Of a stretch of DNA of 32,000 nt, positions 10,650 through 20,523 are shown piece after piece. Numbering within the stretch: the first letter of the stretch is position 1; every line of letters begins with the position of its first letter. The stretch covers positions 3,030,001 to 3,062,000 of the forward strand of contig NC_002677.1 of the NCBI RefSeq assembly GCF_000195855.1, given 5' to 3'. Below the pieces are notes generated by a model. That model had not been told where the DNA came from. It worked only from the letters and a program-made list of their open reading frames with translations, and ran no database searches. This DNA is from Mycobacterium leprae TN (GTDB lineage Bacteria; Actinomycetota; Actinomycetes; Mycobacteriales; Mycobacteriaceae). The translations under genes and the position numbers were made by a program.

Positions 10650-12080
10650 CAACAAAAGGATTCTAGCGTGATCACGAGCAAGGTCACGATAGTAACCTCG
10701 GAGAATGGCTATAGGCCATTCACACCTGCTATCAGATTTGGATCCCGAAAACACTGCGGCCTAGGAAGCCGACAACCTAAAGCCTAGCCTGTAGCAACTT
10801 GATCTGGTGGGCCGCCACCAAGCAGATCGAGTTCTCTACCTGGTCTATCTGGTTAAGTGATGATGCCGGTTCATCCCTACGTCCGTGGATGACCTTTAGA
10901 CAGGCTATAAGTTCCTGTTAGGGCGCCACGGCAACGCTGATCGGAAGGATTCCCGCGAGTACCTCCTACAACATTTACCACCGCAAGGTTCGACGGGCGT
11001 AACTGGACCATATCTTCGCGGTGGTGCTGTTGATATTCACCATCGGCACACTACTACTGCCAGCCAATCCCATTCTGCCGCTGTGGCCGTACCTAGAGTG
11101 CACGGCCTTTGCCGGCTTAGTCGGAAGCAATTCCGCCTCGGCCATGACAAACATCAACGCGTTTTCCGCAGCGACCCACTGGCTGGGCACTGACTCGCAA
11201 CACCAGCGGCGCCAACCTCGAGATGCCGGCTATCTAGGCCCCGGTGGACCTGTCGGTGATCGCGACGGTGGGCAACCAACAGCCCTACTGGGTGTGTACC
11301 GTATATCTGGTGATGCTGGCAGTCAGCATAATCAACATGGTGAGCGACATGGACAATTTACACAGTACTGTATCGCGGTGAACACCTCGCTGGCGGTGCT
11401 ATCTGAACCGTATATCTGGCTGATCGCGCTGCTCCACATCGTCACTTTCGTCTTCGTCGGGTTTTCGTTCGCATTTGGCCCAGTGCTGCAAATACACGCA
11501 TTGCCGACAGTCAAAGCACGGCGCAGACTTCACTGCATTAGAACCAAATCTTTTTTCTGTTACCACTCTTGGTCTAACTATACCGCGACTAAGGCAGCCG
11601 TATCACTGACCGCTTCTGAGGTGAGCTGGTCATCCTTGCCGCCTTCTGTGCTCTTATATCAAGCTCTGGAATAATTTTCACCGCAACAACTTTCGTTTAC
11701 TATACCGGAGGTATCCATACGCTGCCGGAACGATGATTCAGTTACGTGACTAAATTCTTCACACTGTCAGCGTAGACAATCGCCTGATATATAAAAAGAT
11801 TGCATAGATTTTCGAAGCACGCAACCGGTGACTGACGCCGAGCGGCGGCTGTAGTCATGTTCGATGTCCGGAGCACTGACTTGTCCTTGCCGGCACAAGT
11901 GGAGGCATCAGTGTCAATCTGACTTCGCCGCCGACCCACCGGAACAGTGTATCGGCGACATCGGCTTTTCTGGGTGTTCCTGGTTGATCTACGTGACCAC
12001 CTCGGTGTTGACCTGAGGACTTATACGTGCACCAGTCGCAGCCAGCCTCCGCTCATGCCGTGTTAGAAACTGCGTCGTCA
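10650..12080 (+). pseudogene. narK3: Nitrate/nitrite MFS transporter pseudogene (narK3/Rv0261c equivalent)
   Basis: The ORF at 11021 contains AFAGLVGSNSASAMTNINAFS, which resembles the NarK nitrate signature GxxGGNFASSMANISFF. Hydrophobic TM-like segments (IWLIALLHIVTFVFVGFSFAFGPV) are interrupted by stops. Its position after aac matches Mtb. Confidence 0.55.
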
Positions 12081-12099
12081 GTGACGTCGGCTTAATGTA

Positions 12100-13330
12100 T
12101 CCGATCGGTCTAGTGTCGACATAAGCCTCATTGAGTATCAACTGCACTCCATTTCACACCCGGTTGACCGGAAAATGACTAGGGTTAGTGGGTAAGCGAC
12201 AGCGACCCAGTGGAACCGGGTGTCATTTTAATAGTGCTAATAGGGGAAGAAAGTGAGTTTGATAGTGATCCGGTTAGCCTATGGAGGCGTTTGACTAGGC
12301 GCTGGTAGCGGTGGGAGTGGGAATCGCGAGTTTGGCGGCTGCGGCCTCGCTGAGTGCACCTTTAGATACGGGTTGCCCTTGCTGGTCTTGCCGGCACTGC
12401 TAACCGGCCCGAACGAAATGGTACGAGGGCATGGCTTGGCTTATGAGACTAGGTGTTCGTGGGTGGTTAAGCGACTCATGTCGGTTTCGACCTCAGTCAG
12501 GATGTTCTGCTGGTTGCTGACGCTGATACTCGAAACTCTCAGTGAGAGCACTCAACGGTGTTGATAACACATTCGGCAACGATGGCGGGATCGACCAGAA
12601 TCGGATTGGTGCCGCCGGTGTTGGGATCGGGAGCGATGTCGGTACCAGGATTGGTGCCGGGCGCGTCGGCGCCGGTGCGGTCGATCAGGACTTCGATCAT
12701 GTCCTGCGTTGACAGCGTGATCAGGGGTAAGGCCACCAACCAGATTTGATCAGCACGTTCTAGACTAACTTTTCTAGCCCGCCGCCAATAGCGGGTGTGG
12801 TTGCGGGTCAGATCCACCCACAGCCGAGTGTAGTCGCGCAGCGGTGGATAGAACTTGGCCGATGGCACGAAAGTTGATCACAGCAAGCCCTTCTCGGTGA
12901 GATTGGCCAACCACACCGCATCTAGCTTGTCGGTCTTGCTCTGGGCAAGCACATTCTCCACATTCCGGGTGGTGACCAGCTGCACCTACAGTCACGCTAC
13001 CTTCAGCAGGTAGTACCAGATCCACCAGTAGTCCGTGGTGGACTCTACGGTCACTTTTTCGATACCGGCCTCGATTAGCTGCTAGGCCAGCTCCGCCTAT
13101 GGTCTTGGTGCATGTTGGGCACGTCTCACACCCGGCTGAACCATCGTTCCCATTTGGTCGATCACTAAAACTCATGTTCGGCGTCAGGAATCTCCCCCGG
13201 CCCCGACACCACCGCAAACTTCCGCTTGTACCCGCGTTGTGCTGCTATTTGGCTTGTCGTCCAATTGAATCCATACCACTGCGTCAGTGGTAGATCGTCC
13301 GAAGTCCTCATTCAAGAGAAGCAAATTCTG
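12100..13330 (-). mobile_element. IS110-family transposase pseudogene (degenerate insertion sequence)
   Basis: Minus-strand fragments read AVVWIQLDDK (about 13270), IEAGIEKVTVESTTDYWWIWYYLL, VQLVTTRNVENVLAQSKTDKLDAVWLANLTEKGLL, FVPSAKFYPPLRDYTRLWVDLTRNHTRYW, EVETDMSRLTTHEHLVS.A..CPRT..SG..SAGKTSKGNPYLK and RYQRLVKR. This is the IS110 DEDD transposase pattern with multiple stops and frameshifts. Confidence 0.78.
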
Positions 13331-13879
13331 ACTGTCATGCTCTAAGCAGCAATACGTGACCCTTCCAGGTCAGATCCCGGCGTCAAGTTTGGCTACAGAC
13401 TCACTGGACCATAACCAGGTCGGTGGCGAGCAACTCGACCTCATCTTCACACCGACGAGGCGTCCCACAAGAACAACAAAACTTGGCCCGAATTAGTACA
13501 CACCGTCGGTGCAGATCTTGATAAGCGCGTCCCGGATATCGTCAGGTACGGATCAGCAAGTAGGAGGGGATGCCGGCTTTGCTAGCCAGTTGACCCTACT
13601 GGAAAATATCTCTTCGGTATGCTCGATGCAGCCTTGGTAGAAGAATCATAGGCTGGGCAATCGTTGGCCGCAAAGCGAAGCAGAACCTACTGCGATTCCC
13701 GCCGGGACGTGTCGGCGCAAAGGCTTAAATGTTGCGCAACGACCTGATTTTGACAAACCGATGAGATCGGCAACAACAAGATCGTCCGCCGCAATTTGTT
13801 TTGCACACTGGCCGACGGTCAGCGACAAGTTGTTGCTAGTCACTATCGCCACCATGGTCGGGTCGGTGGCTGTGTAAGC

Positions 13880-14300
13880 ATATTCCCCGCCTCGGGAATT
13901 GCCCCTTTGGGGGCCGTACCTGAACCACGTCTCGGCATTCGTGTTTGCTTATCTCAACGGTAAGCAACATCGTGCTGCTGACCAATCCTGGCGTGCAGCT
14001 GTGACCGTATATGCTGTACGCGGTATTGAGCGGCGACAACAACTACGCGGCACGCTGATTAGCGTAAACGCCTTTCTACTCTGAGCGGCGCGGGAGCCCA
14101 ACGTTAGCCACCAATGCCGGCGCCGACAACCTCGAGGTGCTAGTCATCCAGCTCGTCGGCTTACTGGTAGTCTCCACCGCAGACCACCAAGCGCCCTACT
14201 GGGTGTTCTGGGCTATAGTCAGCGTCACGGCAGCACTGTTCACGGACAACCCGGCCTGCATTACAGCGAGTGCCCAATTTTGCCATAGACATCCACCACA
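13880..14300 (+). pseudogene. PPE-family N-terminal domain remnant (by position PPE2/Rv0256c)
   Basis: WGPYLNHVSAFVFAYLNGKQHRAADQSWRAAVTVYAVRG..RRQQLRGTLISVNAFLL.AARGSPTLATNAGADNLEV aligns by eye to the PPE pattern WxGPxxxxMxxAAxPYxxWLxxTAxQAxQAAxQAxAAAxAYExA...ANRxxLxxLxxTNxxGQNTPAIAxxEAxYxEMW. The match is heavily eroded. Confidence 0.4.
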
Positions 14301-14849
14301 ACGCCGCGTTGGCGCGAGCAGCGTTGTGTATGGCCACCGCGGTTCTCTGTGGGTCGGTAGCCAGAGTGATTTTCCAAACCGATCAAGGCGATGTCACGCA
14401 GTCGATAGGGCGTACCGGGTCCGATCTTGACGATGCTGTCGGGGAATCTTCGAACTCCCCCATTGAATGGTAATGATTGCGTAACAACCACTTCCATAAT
14501 CCATAACCGGTAAGAAACTGTTCCACGCAGTTATTGCTGGACTAACAACTTAACAGGGCACATAAGCATCCCACCAACGGCATGCTCAGTCCGATCGATT
14601 ACGAACACATCTGCACACAGCCGAACAACGCGACACCTGGCACCCAGCCCGACCACGGACAAATCACACGAACCCAGATGGAAGCGGCTCCACCGCCGCT
14701 GTTCTTTCCGCCCAGCACCGCGCAGGAGCAATGGCAAGCACAGAGCCCTGCCCCGCCGAATCACGCAGCTCCCAGCTTCACACCAACAATCACCCCCACT
14801 ACAAACAAAACCTCTACAGTTTCAGGGGATTGGCGACGCAGCGCTGGAT

Positions 14850-15430
14850 AGTACAGCAAGATGACCTTCGTCGGACCACTATTGGGGTCGTTGTCACGGA
14901 TCTACGGTGGAAAGTAACCGATCGCACGGAAAGTAACCGCGTCACTCTGGGCGTGCTGGGCAGCAAATGACCCCAACCCGGGATGGACAATGGGTCGGTC
15001 TTTAAAATGACTCCGCCGGTCTCCGAGGGTGGCGAATTGTTTCGGTGGGCATGTGCTATCTGCTGGACCAGGGGCTGTTTCAGAACAGTTACGCGCCTGC
15101 GGCACCGATCTGATCACAACATAGCCGCTGAACCTCCACGCCGAACTAGAGCAAAACAATTGCCAACAGATTTCCATAGGGACGATTCCCCAACACGATC
15201 TGGCTGTTTACAGCTTTGCTGACGAGGAGCACGGCACCAACTAAAGCTTGACTTTGCTCGACTGTGCGACTTTAACCTGCCTTTGGCAAGCACGAACCCC
15301 CGTGGAGGCTTCTCGGCCAAGTAGCAAAGACACTGCGTTTATCGTTCGACACAGCGGAATGTATCGACCGAATCATCACCGAAAGCGTAAAAAATCAGTG
15401 GAACGACGAACGCCGTACATACTGACCACC
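14850..15430 (+). pseudogene. cobQ: Cobyric acid synthase remnant (C-terminal part)
   Basis: Eroded matches to CobQ blocks: RVTLGVLGSK (TGRPVLGVLPY), TRLRHRSDHNIAAEPP (VRLPRISNxTDxDALAAEPG) and AFIVRHSGMY (VLGICGGYQML). It lies directly upstream of the cobU remnant, as in Mtb. Confidence 0.4.
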
Positions 15431-15772
15431 ACATAGGATGTTACCGACGGAGGTCCTTTTGCCGCCAGTGCCATTTCATCGACCGTACTGACCAAGACCA
15501 CCGAAATTGTGCAGTTCATGTTCATGGGGCCAGTGTTCAATTAGCTGCTCAAGCTGCTGGGGACGACAAGATAACCCTCCGGATGTCGATGTGCGCATTG
15601 CAGCTTGGGCATCCCGCGCTACGGGATACGCTCCGAAGCACTACCTTACATGTCGGTGGACATGCTCGTCGACGCCATCGGCCCGACAATGCAGCGCTAC
15701 CTTTGTCGGTCATATCAGCTAGCCCAAGCTAGGCGGTGACCCAGAAGACGGGCTGTATTTGCCTTTCAGGCA
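15430..15772 (+). pseudogene. cobU: Adenosylcobinamide kinase/phosphate guanylyltransferase remnant
   Basis: Three collinear blocks match remembered CobU in different frames: VTDGGPFAASAISSTVL (P-loop region LVTGGxRSGKSxxAExLL), DPDVDVRIAAWASRATGY (DPDWxARIAAHRARRP) and MLVDAIGPTM (VLVDCLGTWL). The C-terminus is missing. Confidence 0.5.
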
Positions 15773-16095
15773 TTACATGTACCGGTCAGACCGGCACGGA
15801 AAACTGCGGACACCAACCAAGTAGCTACCGTCGTCAAGCGTTAATGCCTGCTCCAGAATCGGCACTTTGACCGTAGCGCGACCCCCGCGGCCGTCGACGA
15901 TCCCGCGTGAAATCACTGCTACTCCCGAAAACGGGTGAACATTGCCTATTGCGTGAACCGACCAGTCGTCAAACCGGAACAACACCGAGGAGGTGACGTC
16001 ATGAAAGCAGCACACCGACACCACAACCAGGTAGTAGGTATGTACAGGAGGTCAGCCACATTTGAATATCGTTTTCTCCTTGCTCATTGACGTCG
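15773..16095 (-). pseudogene. nirD: Nitrite reductase small subunit NirD, frameshifted
   Basis: The ORF 15773..16024 reads VLFRFDDWSVHAIGNVHPFSGVAVISRGIVDGRGGRATVKVPILEQALTLDDGS, which is the NirD core. The N-terminal piece ENDIQMWLTSCTYLLPGCGVGVLLS is in another frame and ends in a stop. Confidence 0.7.
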
Positions 16096-16109
16096 TTTAC
16101 AGACGTAGC

Positions 16110-18589
16110 ATATTACTAATAGGAATAGGAACTTTGCGGCCGACTACTCGATGAATGTCACAGCCGTGTCAACAGCCTCTGGAGCGTTGACGAAGGAGAC
16201 GGATTGCGACAACTTGTCTGGGGTCCTATAGCACGCATTTTTATTCGTACTTGTAGTTCTGCACATGAGGCTGCATCGCGGCTTAGAACTCCTCCGCTAG
16301 AACGAATGAAGTCCTCGCACAGGCCGTCTACCAGCAGCAAGCCGTAGTGCAGGTCATCCAGCCCGGCTTGTATCGATTCGATCCACGGAGCGGTGCTTTT
16401 CCAGTCGAACGGTGGTTAGGATGTAGTACATCAGGAACCGGTCAATGTAACGGATCAGCATTCGGTGTCCGAATTGCTGGACAGCAGCTGCCTAGGCAAG
16501 CAGGCCACCGTTGCCACTTACATAAAAGGTTCCAGCCTTTCTCAGCGGTAGATGACACCCACGTTCTTACCATGGGCCTCGACACACTGCCACGGGCAAC
16601 CCAAGATGCCCAACTTGAACTTGGGCGGCACCGATAAACCCCGGTAGCGCAATTTCAGGCCGATGACCAGGTGCACCGAATCCTACTGACCCGTAGCGAC
16701 ACCAGTGGCTACCCACGCAGTTCTTCACCGGACGCACCGCTTTGCCCATAGATGTGGCCAAATCACATACTGCCGGACACCAACCGCTTCTAGATCTGCG
16801 GCAGCTGGTACACACATGGGATTCGAACAGATCGATCCTCTGGCCGAAAGTGATCTTGGTGTAGAGCCCGAAGTCTGGCCAATCTGCCCAATCAAAATCA
16901 GATGCTCCGGCTCGTCGGCAGCAAGCCCCACGCGGTGCCACGCCAACAAGTAGCGCCACGCTGGCTGAACGGCGCGTAATGTGATCCTAACCTTTCGATA
17001 CCAAGTTGGCTTACAACCACGAGTTTGCAGATTTTGCAAAACTTTCCGCGGCCAAAGCACGCCAACAGGACAAAGAACGTGCAGATTTCGATGGCAGCGA
17101 TTATTTCAAAGAGTTCAGGTCACGTATTGACTGAAGTGCTCACACAGCGCTTTAAATTGTTCCAAGTCCTCGGCTTCCAGCAGCTATTTGAGCAGCGGCA
17201 ACAAAACCCACAGAATGTCTCGGCCGCCGTGCATGCCTTGAGTGCAGGAACATCAGCGCATGCTATTAACGTCGTCCACTCGTTGAGCAGTCCGACCGTC
17301 AGCGCCGTAGCGCCTCTAGTCTGCTAGGCTGGAGCGGTCAGCTCGAGCAGGTCCCCGAGCTGACCGGGTAACGACCATAGGGCGCAACACCCCCGGACGA
17401 TGAAGCATCGACGACCAAGATTCGCATCGAGCAAATTCTTGGCGACGTCGGAAAGTACCAGTTTGGTGTATGTCCAGTTTACCGCGTCATTAATGACAAC
17501 TTCGATAAAGTTCTCGGTCGCACCCATAGCTTCGCTGAAGCTAGCCGCATCGGCACTAAGCAGTTTGAGGCAGTTTGAGTTTGGTCGATCAGACCGCATT
17601 TGGAAACTCCACAGTCTCGTCCAACAGCTGGTCCATAAAGCAGACATTTTGGATTCACGTGCAGGGCCCTCTACTGCGACGTAGACATCCGGAAAACCCC
17701 TGTTCAGCATGACAAGTCGGTGGGCGTTCTGTGCAGCTCGGCGATCATCACCGCCGGACTGCTAACTCATCGCACGGCCTAATACCCGCAGCGAAGATCA
17801 CAACCCGACATCTATGACATTTTATTATTCTGACCGTAGATAAGACACACCCACAACGACTTAAGGCAGCTCAAATGTTCAACAGATTCAATCAATTAGG
17901 TACCTGTTCCGACATGAACGGCGAAACCAAGATCGGTGATTAGCCACGCCAGCAACGCGCCACCAGCCGCGGCAATTTGGTCGACCATCAAGTACGGCAT
18001 CATCTCGATGACGTGGGTTTGCAACCAAAACTGGCACAGCGCGTTTGCGACCCCTAGCGTCAGCAGGTCGCCACCAATTGACCACGCCCGAGCATGCAAT
18101 GGCCGACCTCCAGCGTGCGGTGGGCACCGGCCCAAATAGCATCAATATCGTCAACTGTACGGTAAACGTGACACTCGAATAGGGTGGTAGCCGGGCATCA
18201 GCGAAACAAAAGCATTATGACTCGGCCGCCAGCACCAGGGCGGCATAACTATACCACTAGCCGTAAACGGTTATCTACCGATTTGTTACGCGGCCGATTT
18301 CAACGAAGCGCTTGTTGCACAGCAACCGAACCCGATAGTCAGTGGCATAATCATTGCTAGGCAACACCAGCGAGCCACAATTCCAATTATCGCTGTAAGA
18401 AATCAGACCAACGCGGTCACAAGCCGCATAGACCTCCCCGGTCAGGATGGTGATTCGCCTGTACCCGCCCTATTCAGTAGCACTGCAGCGGGCACGGAGC
18501 ACTTCCGGCTAGCTGGTGGCCCACCGTGCTGTGCCCGACCACGATGAGGTGGCGGGTCGCATCGTGCGTTGCAGACCGGCTGGAGCCAT
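16110..18589 (-). pseudogene. nirB: NAD(P)H nitrite reductase large subunit NirB pseudogene
   Basis: Minus-strand fragments: MAPAG then a frameshift into ATRHLIVVGHSTVGHQL (N-terminal FAD fold), CHVYRTVDDIDAI, IGGDLLTLGVANALCQFWLQTHVIEMMPYLMVDQIAAAGGALLAWLITDLGFAVHVGTGT (17896..18135), and YTKITFGQRIDLF (siroheme/Fe-S domain, about 16850). There are many stops and frameshifts. Confidence 0.8.
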
Positions 18590-18649
18590 GACTTTGAGGG
18601 AAAGGTAGGATTAATCAAAACCGCCGGGGACTGGCTTCAAGCACGTTAC

Positions 18650-18971
18650 CATTGGAATAAGCTCGGCCTTCAATCCGGCAGCTGAGATCGTCAAGAATGG
18701 CGACGACACAGTGTCACCTCGAAACTGTCGGGTGTTGACGTAGACAAATACGTCAACATAAAGGTCTACCGTGAGCCTGGGTATTCACGACGAACACCGC
18801 GATGAGCACGGCGGAGACAGAAGCGCTGACCGCATGCTGCACGAGGTCCGCTACAGCTCGTTTCACAGGGCCTTCCAGCTGACCGTGCACGTCACCAGCG
18901 AGGTAATCGAACCTTCCTATGACGCCGGTATATTGACGGTGCGGGTCACCGATGCCTTTAAGGTATCCTGA
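18650..18971 (+). pseudogene. hsp: Alpha-crystallin small heat-shock protein (Acr2/Hsp, Rv0251c-like), 5'-truncated and frameshifted
   Basis: FNPAAEIVKNGDDTV..SGVDVDKYVNIKV is in one frame. A 1-nt shift then leads into SLGIHDEHRDEHGGD...LHEVRYSSFHRAFQLTVHVTSEVIEPSYDAGILTVRVTDAFK (ORF 18771..18971). The N-terminal ~45 codons are absent: only 79 bp separate the first recognisable residue (18669) from the divergent nirB ATG (18589). Confidence 0.75.
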
Positions 18972-19293
18972 CGCAGGCCAAGCGCAACGTATCGTCATCA
19001 CTAGAAGTAACTTCGGGGCCAAGCGATACAGATGAATCCGGCAGGGTCATCAGTTCCGTCGGATCCATCGAATCGACTACTAGATAGATGACTACCCACG
19101 GTGAAAATGACAGACCCGGCAGACATTCCAGCAGCGCTATCATCTATTCAGCAGGCACGATCTGACCCGACGAAGGCCACATTGGGTCTCCTTACTAAAT
19201 CACGCTACGTGGTCTATCTCACATAAGGGCCGCGCCGTGGATAGTATCGGGGGCATACTGTGATCCATAGCACCGCCTGCCGAGGAGATCCGT

Positions 19294-19590
19294 TTGTATG
19301 CCACTACTGAACTCGCCGAACTTCACGACCTCATCGGCAGAATGCGACGGTCCGTAGCCTCGTTTAAGGCGCGATACGGAGACAGTCCCGCGATGCGTCG
19401 CATCGCCATCGACGCTGATCGGATCCTCAGCGACATCGAACTGCTTGATGCTGACATCTCCGAATTGGACCTGGCTCGCGCCACCGTCCAGCAGTCGAAC
19501 GAGAAGATCGCTATTCCCGACACCCAATACGACAGCGACTTCTGGCGTGATGTTGACGACGAAGGCGTCGGGGGCCACAGCAGGTCCTAA
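19294..19590 (+). CDS. Small conserved acidic protein, Rv0250c-like (98 aa)
   Basis: Intact ORF with a TTG start at 19294, preceded by GAGGAG (19282-19287) with a 6-nt spacer. An in-frame stop lies at 19261. The length and the sequence ...TTELAELHDLIG...IAIPDTQYDSDFWRDVDDEGVGGH match my memory of Mtb Rv0250c (97 aa), which sits downstream of acr2. Confidence 0.75.
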   Translation: MYATTELAELHDLIGRMRRSVASFKARYGDSPAMRRIAIDADRILSDIELLDADISELDLARATVQQSNEKIAIPDTQYDSDFWRDVDDEGVGGHSRS

Positions 19591-19597
19591 CAATCAA

Positions 19598-19618
19598 ACC
19601 CCCGAAAATCAAGGGGGT
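19598..19618 (+). terminator. Weak candidate stem-loop after the Rv0250c-like gene
   Basis: ACCCCC (19598-19603) pairs with GGGGGT (19613-19618) across a 9-nt loop, 8 nt after the stop codon. There is no U-tract. Confidence 0.3.
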
Positions 19619-19689
19619 GCTCTGTGTACCCTTAGACCAGGTAACACGGGAAAAGATCCCAGTAAATGAGCACACCCACACCGAACCGG

Positions 19690-20504
19690 CCTGCTACCAG
19701 CATGTTCTCAGCTGCTCGGGCCCAAATACCACAACAAAGGCTCTGCACTGACTGGTAGTGGTTGCCGCCGCTAATAACTAATATCGGTTTTTCAACTTTC
19801 ATTCTTTACGCCACTATCCGAGCGTTCTTGAGTAGCAACGATTGGGCAGCTGAATACCACTATCTGGCGCGGTTATATTTGCCGTGTATCAGCATCTGCT
19901 GCGAGCCCAGCGCCAACTAATTCAACATCTGATTGGGTCATTTCCCATAGTGGATGTTGGAATGCTAGCATTACCATTCTTGCTTACGGTTCGACTTACC
20001 TGCTACTATATTAGTACGAAACATGCTATAGGTCGGTGTAGCAGTCGCTGACCAGAAGTGTAGTATCCGAACCACGAGTACAGTACACCGGCTAAGCCTG
20101 GCTCAGGCTAATCACCCAAAAAACCTACCGCATACCTTATTCTATACAGAGCTGGTGGACTGGGTAATCAACAGATACGACATAATAATATAATGGCGTT
20201 CCATCCACTCGCCGGCTTAGGCAACGCCATTTTGGTGATCAATTTGCTTTTACTGTGATGCTACACCATCTCGTGCCATTTGTGTCGGCACATCAGTGAT
20301 AGCTGACTCAAGCATTTCTCCAAACACCCAGTACGACACTGGATCTGGACACAGGCCAGGAACTTGAACACCCATCACATGCAATTCCCATAGATCACAC
20401 TGGGCGCATTGACGCTGACCGACTTCTACATCACGCTGACGGCTAGCAGCACCATCACAGAAATCAGATTGTTGGTTGAGAAGGCGGTATCGAAATACCA
20501 GTAA
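19690..20504 (+). pseudogene. Probable remnant of the Sdh1 membrane/third subunit (Rv0249c equivalent)
   Basis: The call is mainly positional, between the Rv0250c-like gene and the flavoprotein pseudogene. A reading frame ends (..LVEKAVSKYQ*) 20 nt before the flavoprotein ATG, a typical operon junction. No frame stays open for long. Confidence 0.3.
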
Positions 20505-20523
20505 GAGCTAAGCCCGGTTCTCC

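Noticed and set aside
13440-13880. I looked for a cobalamin riboswitch upstream of the PPE-cobQ-cobU remnants, because Mtb is reported to have one ahead of the PPE2-cobQ1-cobU operon.
   Set aside because: Only loose fragments are present, such as GACCTG at about 13741 and CACTG at about 13806, and they are in the wrong order. There is no convincing B12 box or GCCACTG core. A covariance-model search (Rfam RF00174) would be needed, and I cannot support a call.
14582-14851. A proline- and threonine-rich 89-codon ORF (..PPPLFFPPSTAQEQWQAQSPAPPNHAAPSFTPTITPTT..) that could be a secreted or PPE-type protein.
   Set aside because: It has no start context or recognisable domain. It lies in heavily eroded DNA between the PPE and cobQ remnants. 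Low-complexity proline runs are common in off-frame translations of GC-rich sequence.
20216-20255. An inverted repeat, AATGGCGTT...AACGCCATT, with 9-bp arms and a 22-nt loop in the putative Sdh1 membrane-subunit remnant.
   Set aside because: The arms are modest, the loop is large, and there is no adjacent intact gene end. This is not distinguishable from chance.
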